Positions 22,930 to 31,796 of a DNA stretch of 64,000 nucleotides are shown in pieces (within the stretch, counting starts at the first letter, position 1; each line of letters starts with the position of its first letter). A model generated the notes under the pieces. The model did not search any database and had not been told where the DNA came from. It saw only the letters and a program-made list of their open reading frames with translations. The translations under genes and the position numbers were made by a program. The stretch is taken from positions 1,883 through 65,882 of the forward strand of contig JBDSMW010000011.1 of the NCBI GenBank assembly GCA_039915665.1, in the 5' to 3' direction. The stretch comes from Nocardioidaceae bacterium (lineage in GTDB: Bacteria > Actinomycetota > Actinomycetes > Propionibacteriales > Nocardioidaceae).

Positions 22930-23340
22930 ATGAGTGCCCGTGGCAAGGCCCGCAAGCGCGCGTTGGACGTGCTCTTCGAGTGCGAGGTCCGGGGCCTGCC
23001 CCTGGGGCAGACCCTCGACGAGCACGTGGTGGCCGCCGAGCCACCCGTCAACGAGTACACCGTCTCGCTGATCCGCGGCATCTCCGAGCACCAGGCGCGC
23101 ATCGACGAGCTCGTCTCGTCGTACGCCCAGGGCTGGACGCTGGAGCGGATGCCCGCCGTGGACCGCAACGTCCTGCGGATCGGTGTCTACGAGGTGATGT
23201 ACGTCGAGGAAATCCCCGACGCGGTCGCGGTCAGCGAGGCCATGAACCTGGTGCGCGACCTGTCCACCGACGAGTCGCCGAACTTCGTGAACGGCGTGCT
23301 CGGCAACATCGTGCGCAACAAGGCAGCACTGACCGCGTGA
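22930..23340 (+). CDS. nusB: Transcription antitermination factor NusB
   Basis: 136 aa with ARGKARKRALDVLFE and ERMPAVDRNVLRIGVYE. Confidence 0.93.
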   Translation: MSARGKARKRALDVLFECEVRGLPLGQTLDEHVVAAEPPVNEYTVSLIRGISEHQARIDELVSSYAQGWTLERMPAVDRNVLRIGVYEVMYVEEIPDAVAVSEAMNLVRDLSTDESPNFVNGVLGNIVRNKAALTA

Positions 23341-23344
23341 CGGC

Positions 23345-23716
23345 TCAGCCGGGGTAGACCGGCTGCTGCAGCGACCACTTGTTGCCGTCGGGGTCGTCGA
23401 AGTGGACGAATCGTCCCCAGGCCAGGTCCTCGACCTCGGTGCAGGCGACGTCCCGCTCGGTGAGGTAGGCGTGCGCGGCGTCCGCGTCCTCGACCACGAT
23501 CTGGATGTGCTGCCGGACGCCCTCGGCCAGCATGTCGAGGCCGAGCCCGAAGCAGAACGAGCACGCGGAGCCCGGCGGGGTGACCTGCACGAAGCGGAGT
23601 CCCTCGAACGGGGTCTGGTCGTGGTCGACGGTCCAGCCGACCTTGGTGCCGTAGAACTCGACGGAGGCGTCGATGTCGGTGACGTTCAGCGGGACCAGCT
23701 CGATCTTGAAGTCCAT
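23345..23716 (-). CDS. VOC/glyoxalase-family protein
   Basis: 123 aa. MDFKIELVPLNVTDIDASVEFY..., HIQIVVED and FDDPDGNKW are typical VOC beta-alpha-beta modules. Confidence 0.8.
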   Translation of the reverse strand: MDFKIELVPLNVTDIDASVEFYGTKVGWTVDHDQTPFEGLRFVQVTPPGSACSFCFGLGLDMLAEGVRQHIQIVVEDADAAHAYLTERDVACTEVEDLAWGRFVHFDDPDGNKWSLQQPVYPG

Positions 23717-23750
23717 GGTCTTCTCCTGCTCTCGGAGGTCGCCGGAGCCC

Positions 23751-26681
23751 TTAGGAGGCCGGCTGGCCGTAGACCTCGATCTCGGTCAGGTCGGTGTACT
23801 GGCAGCCCGAGAACGACCCGCCGGGGCAGTTGGTGGCGAAGCCCGGCGTCTGGTTCCCGAGGATCGTGAACCGGACGTAGCGGGCCGTCGCCGTGCCACC
23901 CGTCGGGGTGACGTCGTTGAGCTGACCTCGCTGATCGAACGTGAACGTGCCCGAGGCCGCCGGCGTGAAGCTGGTGCCGTCGGTGGACACCTCGATGGAG
24001 TACTGCCCGGTCGAGGCACTGCCGCCGTCGCCGCAGGTGGCGGACGGGTCGACCGCGAACGTCGACACCTTCACGGCCTGCTGGAGGTCGATGACGATGT
24101 GCTTGGGCACGAAGACGTTGGTCAGCGTGCCGGCGTCGTCACCGGTGGTGCTGCCCCAGCCGGTGGCCTGGCTGTTGTCGATGGCCTGGGCCGGGCCGCA
24201 CGCCGGGCCGAAGTCCGGGCCGTTGAAGTCGGTGATGGTGGCTCCGCCGCTGGAGGCGGCGTAGTCGCGGCGCACCGAGAAGTTCTTGACCGCGCCGGCG
24301 TTGCCGACGTCGACCGCCGTGCTGGCCGGGTCGTAGCCCGCGCCGGTGGCGGCCAGCTTCTGGTAGGAGCCGACCGGCACCGGGCCGATCCTGTAGGAGC
24401 CGTCGGCCAGGGTGACGGCCGAGGGGTTGGCCGCGCCGTTCCCGCCCTGGAAGGCCAGGGTCACCGTGATGCCCGAGACGGGCTTGCCGGTGTCCTGGTC
24501 GGTGACCGTGCCGGTGATGGACGCGGTGCGGTTGCTGCGCGGCGGGGTGTTGAAGTCCGCACCGGGAGCCACGTCGTCGCCGCCGAGGCTGCCGGCGTAG
24601 TAACCCATGCCCCGCTTGGCGAACACCCTCCAGATGGTGGCCTGGTCGGCGCCGCCGAACCCGACGTTGTCGGCCGAGAGGATCGCGTTGCGCTCGTCGA
24701 GGAACGACGGGTTCGACGGCGAGAGCTCCATGGCCCGGGTGATCAGCGACTCCGTCCTGGTCGAGCCGAGGGCGTCGCGCAGGTCCCAGAGGGTCTGCGA
24801 CCAGATCTCGCCGTCGGCGTGCACCTCCGGGCTGCCGATCACCTGGCCGTAGTCGGCGTAGGTGTAGCCGCCCGTGTGACCGGTCGCGCCCCCGGAGCAG
24901 GCCGGCGACGTGTCGCCCACCTTGCAGTCGAGCGGCTCGGTCCGGTCCACCGCGGTGCCCGCTCCGTCGTACTGGAACAAGACGATGTCGGCGGTGCCGC
25001 GGCGGTCGGCCTGCAGGCCCTGTGCCACGAGGTAGTCCATGGCGTACCAGTCGCTCCAGGCCTCGCCCATCGAGCCGGCCTGCACCTCGCCGAGGGTGGA
25101 GTTGCCGGCGGCGTCGACGACCAGGCGGTTGGACAGGCCGTGGGTGTACTCGTGGTAGACGGTGTCGGCCTCGTCGCCGACGTTGGTCGGGGAGAACGGG
25201 TCCTCGTCGGGGTACGACGTGCCGGGCTGGTGCTGGAGGTACATCTGCATCGTCGGCGCCTGGCCGTCCGGCGGGGTGTTCATGTTCGCGTTGTCGATGT
25301 GCGAGCCGTCGGGGAGCCCGTCGGCGGTGTTGGCGCCGTCGTCGGTCTGGGTGTCGACCGCGTCACCGGCCTCGCCGCTCCTGGTGGTGTTGCGCTGCTG
25401 GAAGTTGCCGGCCGCCTCGGTGAAGCCGATCGGGCCCGCCTGCAGGTGGTCGTGCCAGTTGTTGACGAAGAAGAACACCTGGGCCACGTTCTGGGCCCGG
25501 TTGGCCTGCCACGAGAACGGCACGTTCGGGTCCCACGAGCACGGGTAGGGGTTGTCGCAGAAGGAGACGCCGGGGACGGAGAACGGCTGGAGCGTGTAGT
25601 CCCAGCGGTGGCCGCTCGACGGAGGGGCCTCCTCGGAGACCTGCGCCTTGTCGTCGTCGTTGACGTCGGAGTAGGCGTGCGAGTTGTTGCCGGAGAGCTT
25701 GGTCGCCTTGGCGTCCAGCCAGCCCTTGGCCGTGTAGTCCACGGACACCTGGGTGCCGCCCTTGGGAGCGCGGGGGAAGTACGGGTAGGCGAGGCCGCCG
25801 CTGCCGGCCTTGGTCTTGGCCTTGTCGCCGGAGCCGGCGTCCGACGACAGCGGGCGACGGAACAGCAGGCCGCCGGTCCGGGCGTCGAGCACGGACAGTG
25901 CCGGGTGGGACGCCGACATGGTGACGGTGCTCCAGCCGAGGTGGGTGCCGGCGCGGGTCACGAACAGCACCTGACGCGCCGTGTCGCGGGGACCCGGGGT
26001 CGCGGACTCGCCCTGGCCCCTGCGGGCGGCGCTGATCGCCTGGGCGCCGGTGTCGAGCGTGGTGGCGGTCGTCGGGGCGGCGGACGCTTCGGAGACGGGC
26101 GAGCCGCCGATGCTGACGAGCCGGCCGGCCCGGGTGACGGCCGAGGTCAGACCGTTGCCGAAGACCTCGACGCCGCCGATCTTCTGCGTCCAGGACAGGT
26201 GGTGCGTGTCGTTCACGTCGACGTAGTCGCGACGCAGGTGGAAGGTCTTGAGGTCCTTGGCCGTCAGCCCGAGCGCGTCGTGGTGCGCGTCGACGTAGGC
26301 CAGCGTGACGGCGGCCGCGCTCTTGCCGCTCCGGCCGGTCAGGAACCCGTCGAGACGGGTGACGAGGCGCGGGGTGCCGGTGGTGCCGTCGATGTCGACG
26401 AGGGCCTGGCCGCCGAGGGACCCGCGGAACCGCCTGGTCTCGGGCCGCGCGGCGGCCTTGGCGGCCTCCCGCAGCACGGTCGCGCGGGCGGCGGCGCTGC
26501 TGCCGCGGCGGGCGTCGAACCCGCCGCGTGCCTCCGGCCCCTGGTCGGAGCGCTGCTCGGCCCGGTGGCCGGGCCGGTCGGGGCCAGCGGCGAAGGAGCC
26601 GACGGTCGAGAGGCCGGTGACGGCGGCGATGACGCCGGCGGTGACGACGAGCGCGGAGCGGTGACGGACGCGCAGATGCAT
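23751..26681 (-). CDS. Secreted M36 (fungalysin-type) zinc metalloprotease with propeptide, carboxypeptidase-regulatory-like and F5/8 type C (discoidin) C-terminal domains
   Basis: Signal peptide MHLRVRHRSALVVTAGVIAAVTGLSTVGSFAA. There is an FTP-like propeptide (LSWTQKIGGVEVFGNG), the HEYTHGLSNRLV zinc motif with a downstream GEAWSDW, an ITGTVTDQDTGKPVSGITVTL repeat domain and a discoidin-like C-terminus. The ATG at 26681 is preferred over the ORF-track start at 26735. Confidence 0.8.
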   Translation of the reverse strand: MHLRVRHRSALVVTAGVIAAVTGLSTVGSFAAGPDRPGHRAEQRSDQGPEARGGFDARRGSSAAARATVLREAAKAAARPETRRFRGSLGGQALVDIDGTTGTPRLVTRLDGFLTGRSGKSAAAVTLAYVDAHHDALGLTAKDLKTFHLRRDYVDVNDTHHLSWTQKIGGVEVFGNGLTSAVTRAGRLVSIGGSPVSEASAAPTTATTLDTGAQAISAARRGQGESATPGPRDTARQVLFVTRAGTHLGWSTVTMSASHPALSVLDARTGGLLFRRPLSSDAGSGDKAKTKAGSGGLAYPYFPRAPKGGTQVSVDYTAKGWLDAKATKLSGNNSHAYSDVNDDDKAQVSEEAPPSSGHRWDYTLQPFSVPGVSFCDNPYPCSWDPNVPFSWQANRAQNVAQVFFFVNNWHDHLQAGPIGFTEAAGNFQQRNTTRSGEAGDAVDTQTDDGANTADGLPDGSHIDNANMNTPPDGQAPTMQMYLQHQPGTSYPDEDPFSPTNVGDEADTVYHEYTHGLSNRLVVDAAGNSTLGEVQAGSMGEAWSDWYAMDYLVAQGLQADRRGTADIVLFQYDGAGTAVDRTEPLDCKVGDTSPACSGGATGHTGGYTYADYGQVIGSPEVHADGEIWSQTLWDLRDALGSTRTESLITRAMELSPSNPSFLDERNAILSADNVGFGGADQATIWRVFAKRGMGYYAGSLGGDDVAPGADFNTPPRSNRTASITGTVTDQDTGKPVSGITVTLAFQGGNGAANPSAVTLADGSYRIGPVPVGSYQKLAATGAGYDPASTAVDVGNAGAVKNFSVRRDYAASSGGATITDFNGPDFGPACGPAQAIDNSQATGWGSTTGDDAGTLTNVFVPKHIVIDLQQAVKVSTFAVDPSATCGDGGSASTGQYSIEVSTDGTSFTPAASGTFTFDQRGQLNDVTPTGGTATARYVRFTILGNQTPGFATNCPGGSFSGCQYTDLTEIEVYGQPAS

Positions 26682-26768
26682 GGACGAGGTCCCCTCGGAG
26701 TGCGGTGCGATCCCTCTTCGAGACCCCGGGGTCACTCAACACGCAAGAATGCCTGCCGACAAGATGCA

Positions 26769-26788
26769 GGGGCCACATTTTGTGGCCC
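26769..26788 (-). terminator. Stem-loop downstream of the sulfotransferase-like gene
   Basis: GGGCCACA-tttt-TGTGGCCC, 8 nt after the stop at 26796. The U-tail is weak. Confidence 0.45.
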
Positions 26789-26795
26789 GAACGGG

Positions 26796-27527
26796 TCACA
26801 GCCGCACACGGAGCTCCCGCAGCCGGTCGTAGGCCGGTCGACAGGCCTCGGCGACGGCCGCGTCGTGCGGGTTCAACGACACCTCGCGCGGTCGCCACGG
26901 CTCGAAGCCGGTCGAGCGCCGCACCGTGTCGTACCAGTACGGCGCCCACACCCCGTCGCTGCTGCGGGGGCCGGTCGGCCAGCTCAGCATCCGGGGGGTG
27001 AACGGGATCGCGAGCCAGTCGCACAGCCAGCGCAGGTGGGTCTCGGGGTCCCGGAGGAAGTCACCTGCGTCGAGGACTGGCGGCGGCTCGTCCCAGGCGT
27101 CCAGCAGCCGCAGCTGCTGCAGCAGACCGATGTCGTCGGGCTCGCAGGACTCCCGGGACCGGACGTAGGACGCCACCACCTCGGCCGGTTCGCGCACCAG
27201 CAGCACGTTGCGGAAGTCCCGGGTCCAGGCCAGGTCCTGGTCCGCCGCCAGGTGGTGGGTCATGTGCTTCGCGTAGTGCACGGTGACCCCGGCGGGCAGC
27301 GGATCGTGCAGGGCGTCGACCACCTCGGCCGGGTCGGTCGGCTGGGACGCCACGACCGTCTCCCGGCCGGGGTGGTCGATGCCCGTCCGCGCGAGGTAGG
27401 CGGCGTAGAAGGGCTCGTCGACCACGACGGTGTCCTCGCGGTTCTCCCAGGCGCGCATCATCGCGGTCGAGACGTTCCTCGGCCCGGACCACATCGCGAC
27501 CCGCACCTCACCGGCCGCCTGGCTCAC
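26796..27527 (-). CDS. Sulfotransferase-like P-loop protein of unknown function
   Basis: 243 aa with MWSGPRNVSTAMMRAWENR (PAPS-loop-like P-loop), FRNVLLVREP and a C-terminal WAPYWYD. It has a GTGA overlap with the upstream aminotransferase gene. Confidence 0.7.
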   Translation of the reverse strand: MSQAAGEVRVAMWSGPRNVSTAMMRAWENREDTVVVDEPFYAAYLARTGIDHPGRETVVASQPTDPAEVVDALHDPLPAGVTVHYAKHMTHHLAADQDLAWTRDFRNVLLVREPAEVVASYVRSRESCEPDDIGLLQQLRLLDAWDEPPPVLDAGDFLRDPETHLRWLCDWLAIPFTPRMLSWPTGPRSSDGVWAPYWYDTVRRSTGFEPWRPREVSLNPHDAAVAEACRPAYDRLRELRVRL

Positions 27528-28462
27528 GGCGCCGACCGCCCCGCGACGTCGGCGTCCACCAGGTCGACGTACAGCTGCTGGAGCCGTCGGACGACCGGCC
27601 CGCGCTCACCGGAGCCGATCGTGCGGCCGTCGACGGTGCGGACCGGCACGACGCCGGCGAACGTGCCGGTGACGAAGGCCTCCTGCGCGCTGTAGACGTC
27701 GGTGAGGCTGAACGTCGTCTCACGCGCCGTGATGGCGTTGTCCCGGCACATCCGGAGCACGTTGCCGCGGGTGATCCCGCCGAGGCAGAAGCGACCGTCG
27801 GACGTCCACACCTCCGGCTCGTCCGGGGTGCCCTTCACGACGAAGAAGTGCGTGCTGTTGCAGGTCGCGACGAAGCCGTGCGGGTCGAGCATCAGGGCCT
27901 CGTCGGCGCCGGCCGTGTAGGCCTGGATGCATGCGGTGATGTCGTTGAGCTTGCTGTGCGAGTTGAGCTTGGGGTCGAGGGTGTCGGGGTAGGCCCGGCG
28001 GACGTGCGTGGTGAACAGCGTGATGCCGTTCTCGACGGTCGCCGGCATTGCCTCCTTGTGCTCGGCGATGATCACCACGGTCGCCGGACCGACGGTGACG
28101 CGCGGATCCTGGTACGGCGTCGCCTTGACACCGCGGGTGACCATCAGCCGGACGTGCACGCCGTCGGCCATCTCGTTGGCCGCCAGCGTCGCGTAGATCG
28201 CCGCGGTCAGCTCCGCGCGAGTCAGGCCGATGTCCATCAGGATCGCGTGGGCGCCCTCGTAGAGCCGGTCGAGGTGGGTCTCGAGGAAGGCCGGGTGACC
28301 GTCCCGGACCCGCAGGCCCTCCCACACGCCGTCGCCCAGCACGAAGCCGGAGTCGAAGACCGACACCACGGCGCGGTCGCGGGGGAGCAGGCCTCCGTTG
28401 ACCCAGACCAGGAGGTCGTCGTTGCGGGTGTCGTCGTCGTAGTCGTGCGTGCCGTGAGCCAT
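27524..28462 (-). CDS. Class IV (fold type IV) PLP-dependent aminotransferase
   Basis: FDSGFVLGDGVWEGLR, a Lys-containing HSKLNDI segment and CNSTHFFVVKG..GGITRGNVL are typical of BCAT/DAAT-family enzymes. The start at MAHGTHDYD (28462) is preferred over 28507. Confidence 0.85.
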   Translation of the reverse strand: MAHGTHDYDDDTRNDDLLVWVNGGLLPRDRAVVSVFDSGFVLGDGVWEGLRVRDGHPAFLETHLDRLYEGAHAILMDIGLTRAELTAAIYATLAANEMADGVHVRLMVTRGVKATPYQDPRVTVGPATVVIIAEHKEAMPATVENGITLFTTHVRRAYPDTLDPKLNSHSKLNDITACIQAYTAGADEALMLDPHGFVATCNSTHFFVVKGTPDEPEVWTSDGRFCLGGITRGNVLRMCRDNAITARETTFSLTDVYSAQEAFVTGTFAGVVPVRTVDGRTIGSGERGPVVRRLQQLYVDLVDADVAGRSAP

Positions 28463-28704
28463 GCGAGCCACCCTAGGACCCGGGTCGCGCGGGGGTCCGC
28501 AGGTCACGAATCCAGCGGACGAAGGGGCTCGTCCTGCCCGACGGCCGAGACGATCCCCCCGGCGAACCGGTGGAGCATCCGCACCAACACCTCGGTGCAG
28601 CGCGACACCACCCTGGCCGGTCTCGAGGGCTACGTCACCCAGGCCGAGAACGGTGCCGGCGGGTGGGTCCCCGTCGTCGTGGCGCGACGTGGCACGCTGG
28701 CCCC

Positions 28705-30063
28705 ATGACCTCAGAGAGCGTGCAGGTGGACGTCGTCGTCATCGGGCTCGGCCCCGGTGGCGAGGCGGTGGCGACGCAGCTGGCGCAGGCCGGCCTGGAG
28801 GTCGTCGGCGTGGACCGACGGCTGGTCGGGGGTGAGTGCCCCTACTACGGGTGTGTGCCCAGCAAGATGATGATCCGCGCCTCCGACGTCCTGGCCGAGG
28901 CCCGGCGGGTGCCCGACTTCGCGGGGGAGTCCACCGTGACCCCGGACTGGGCGCCCGTGCACGCCCGGATCCGCGACGAGGCCACCACGGACTGGGACGA
29001 CCAGATCGCCGTCGACCGGCTCGTCGACGCCGGCGTCACGTTCGTGCGGGGTGCGGCTGTGCTCACCGGTGCGCGGACCGTCGAGGTCGACGGCACGACG
29101 TACGTCGCGAGCAAGGGTGTCGTGCTGAACACCGGCACCGACCCGGCCGCCCCGCCGGTCGACGGTCTCGCGGACACGCCGTACTGGACCAACCGCGACG
29201 CCTGCCGGCTCGAGGAGCTCCCCGGCTCGCTGATCGTGGTCGGCGGTGGCGCGATCGGCGCCGAGATGGCTCAGGCGTTCTCCCGCTTCGGGGTCCGGGT
29301 GACCCTGCTCGAGGCGGCCGACCGGATCCTGGCGCCCGAGGAGCCGGAGGCCAGCAAGCTGGTCGCCGACGTCTTCGGCCAGGAGGGCATCCAGGTGCTG
29401 GCCGGCGCGACGATCTCGTCGGTGGCCTATGCCGACGGGCGGTTCTCGGTCGAGGTCGACGGCCAGACGCTGAACGCGGACAAGCTGCTGGTCGCCGCGG
29501 GTCGCCGGCCCAACCTCGGCGACCTCGGGCTCGACACCGTCGGCCTCGACCCGACGGCCGGGTCCGTGGAGGTCGACGAGCACCTGCGGGCCGGCGAGGG
29601 ACTGTGGGCCATCGGGGACATCACCGGCAAGGGCGCCTTCACGCACATGTCGATGTACCAGGCCGCGATCGCGGTGCGCGACATCCTCGGCCAGGACGGT
29701 CCGGCCGCGGCGTACCACGCGGTCCCGCACGTCACGTTCACCGATCCCGAGGTCGGCTCGGTCGGGATGACCGAGAAGCAGGCCCGGGACGCCGGCCTGA
29801 ACGTCCGGGTCGGCACGATGGACCTGGCCTCCTCGGCGCGGGGCTGGATCGCCAAGGCGCAAGGGCTGGTCAAGCTGGTCGAGGACGCCGACCGCGGCGT
29901 GCTGGTCGGGGCGACGTCGGTGGGTCCGGCCGGTGGAGAGGTGCTCTCGATGCTGGTGACCGCGGTGCACGCCGAGGTGCCGACCGCGACCCTTCGGTCG
30001 ATGATCTACGCCTACCCGACGTTCCACCGAGCGGTCGAGGACGCGCTGTCCAAGCTGGGCTAG
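28705..30063 (+). CDS. FAD-dependent pyridine nucleotide-disulfide oxidoreductase (dihydrolipoyl dehydrogenase/mercuric reductase family)
   Basis: GxGxxG (VVVIGLGPGGEAVA), redox-active CxxxxC (GGECPYYGCVPSK), a second Rossmann fold (VVGGGAIGAEMAQ) and a C-terminal dimerisation domain with HAYPT-like YAYPTF. Confidence 0.85.
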   Translation: MTSESVQVDVVVIGLGPGGEAVATQLAQAGLEVVGVDRRLVGGECPYYGCVPSKMMIRASDVLAEARRVPDFAGESTVTPDWAPVHARIRDEATTDWDDQIAVDRLVDAGVTFVRGAAVLTGARTVEVDGTTYVASKGVVLNTGTDPAAPPVDGLADTPYWTNRDACRLEELPGSLIVVGGGAIGAEMAQAFSRFGVRVTLLEAADRILAPEEPEASKLVADVFGQEGIQVLAGATISSVAYADGRFSVEVDGQTLNADKLLVAAGRRPNLGDLGLDTVGLDPTAGSVEVDEHLRAGEGLWAIGDITGKGAFTHMSMYQAAIAVRDILGQDGPAAAYHAVPHVTFTDPEVGSVGMTEKQARDAGLNVRVGTMDLASSARGWIAKAQGLVKLVEDADRGVLVGATSVGPAGGEVLSMLVTAVHAEVPTATLRSMIYAYPTFHRAVEDALSKLG

Positions 30064-30226
30064 CCACCGCTCCGCTCGGACGGGGTCGGGGGGATTCCCT
30101 GTCGTTCGCTTCCGTCCGCGCGCCCGCGGGTTCCCGACGGGTCATGGACAGACTCCGTCGGGCGGGCGACCCTGGGGGAAAAGGCCCGGACCCCGCCGCT
30201 CGCACGGCCGAGGTGAGGCCCACGAC

Positions 30227-30637
30227 ATGAGCGAACATCTACGGGAAGCCAGGTACGTCCTCCAGGACGTCAGCCTTCCCGCTCAGCACCACCCGGTCGA
30301 CGACCGCTCCGGGTCGACGTCGTTCGCGCTCCCCGGCGAGTGGCAGGTGATCCACGCGGAGGGCGAGCTCGACCTCGAGTGCGTTCCCCGGCTGCGGTCC
30401 CTGCTCACGACCGCCGGGCCCCGCGTCGTCCTGGACCTGCGGCTGGTGACGTTCATGGACGCCAGTGGCCTGGGTGTCCTCGCGGCCGCCAGCGAGCGTG
30501 CGCGCAGCCTGGGCGGCGCCGTCCGGTTGGTCGGCGCCTGCCACGAGGTCCGGCGGATCGTTGAGGTCACCCGCCTCGAAGGGGTGCTGAGCATGTTCGA
30601 CTCCCTGCTCGAGGCGTTGGTGGGCACGCCCGCGTAG
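30227..30637 (+). CDS. STAS-domain protein (anti-sigma factor antagonist family)
   Basis: GELDLECVPRLRSLL..VVLDLRLVTFMDASGLGVLAAA..VRLVGACHEVRRIVEVTRL. No partner kinase or anti-sigma gene lies nearby. Confidence 0.8.
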   Translation: MSEHLREARYVLQDVSLPAQHHPVDDRSGSTSFALPGEWQVIHAEGELDLECVPRLRSLLTTAGPRVVLDLRLVTFMDASGLGVLAAASERARSLGGAVRLVGACHEVRRIVEVTRLEGVLSMFDSLLEALVGTPA

Positions 30638-30709
30638 GCACGTGGGACCTCGCGACACGACGGGGTCGAGTTCCCCGGTCGGATGCCCCTCTCTCGCTAC
30701 CGTCGGTCC

Positions 30710-31786
30710 ATGACCCGGTCCCGCCGCCGTCTCGCCGCCGTCCTGGTCACGGCGTGCGCCGTGACCGCGACCGTCCCTGCCGCATCCGCCGATACAGCCC
30801 AGGCGGGTCGACGACACCACGCCGCCGCCCCCCGGACCGTGCTCGTGCCGCTCACCGACCGTCGGGGAGCCGCACCCCGGGTCACCTACTACGACCGCCG
30901 GTCCCGTCGCATCCACGACGGCAGCCGGTCCATCCGCGTCGCCTTTCCCGGGCTGGTCACGCAGGTGGCCGAGGTCCGGGGCGGCTACGTGCTGGTCAAC
31001 CAGCGCGACGACGTCGAGGCGCGCACCACGTTCCGGTTCGTGAACCCGCTCGGCCGCTCGCGGGTCGTCGGGCACGGCTGGTTCGCCTACCTCACGGCAG
31101 TCTCCGCCGACGGCAGCCGGATCGCGTTCTCGACCGGTGGGGCCCGCCGCACGTCGGTCGTACGCGTGGCGGACGGACGGACCGCCTCCCGGCTGTTCCC
31201 GCGCGGCGGCGAGGTCGTCGCACTCGGCCGCATCCGGGCCCTCGTCACCGTCGGGTCGCACACGGTCTGGTGGACGCCGCGCACCGACCGGGTCGGCTCC
31301 TACTCGGGTGACGGCGCCTACGCTGCCGACCTGACGGCGCGGCGGGTCGCGCTGCTGCGCGGCAGCACGTCGCAGACGTACGTCGGGTCGTTCCCCCGCG
31401 GCAGCCGGCACCGGTGGGTGCTCCCGACGGCCGAGCGGGTCGGGCGGTTCGCCGACGACGACCGACGCGTGCTCACTCTCGGGCACCGCCGCGACCAGCG
31501 GACCAGCCGCAGCTACACGCTCCTGCGCGTGCGCAGCACCCAGCGGGGCGAGCTGCTCCGGACGTTCGCCGGACGGCTCGACCCCGTGCAGGACCCGCGC
31601 TGGGAGAACGCCTCGACGTTCCTGGCCCTGGTGCGCGCGCGCCACGACAGGCGTGGGCAGGTGCGGGAGGCCTGGCTGCGCTGCCGGGTCGGGGGCCGCT
31701 GCGAGCGGGTCAGCATGGTCTTCACCCTCGACCTGGCCAGCCGGCAGCAGTCACCCCTCGTGCTCGCCCTGCAACGGACCGGCTGA
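30710..31786 (+). CDS. Hypothetical secreted, extremely Arg-rich protein (possible beta-propeller-like repeats)
   Basis: Signal-like N-terminus MTRSRRRLAAVLVTACAVTATVPAASA. Third-position GC is coding-like and there are SADGSRIAFS-type strands. No recognisable catalytic motif. Confidence 0.6.
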   Translation: MTRSRRRLAAVLVTACAVTATVPAASADTAQAGRRHHAAAPRTVLVPLTDRRGAAPRVTYYDRRSRRIHDGSRSIRVAFPGLVTQVAEVRGGYVLVNQRDDVEARTTFRFVNPLGRSRVVGHGWFAYLTAVSADGSRIAFSTGGARRTSVVRVADGRTASRLFPRGGEVVALGRIRALVTVGSHTVWWTPRTDRVGSYSGDGAYAADLTARRVALLRGSTSQTYVGSFPRGSRHRWVLPTAERVGRFADDDRRVLTLGHRRDQRTSRSYTLLRVRSTQRGELLRTFAGRLDPVQDPRWENASTFLALVRARHDRRGQVREAWLRCRVGGRCERVSMVFTLDLASRQQSPLVLALQRTG

Positions 31787-31796
31787 CGCGCCGCTC

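Noticed and set aside
30133-30162. The hairpin CCCGACGG-(14 nt)-CCGTCGGG upstream of the STAS gene, considered as a regulatory element related to the 43.5 kb repeat because both contain (T/C)ATGGAC.
   Set aside because: The shared string is only 6-7 nt and the stems are unrelated. This is probably a coincidental GC-rich hairpin or a weak terminator for the oxidoreductase gene.
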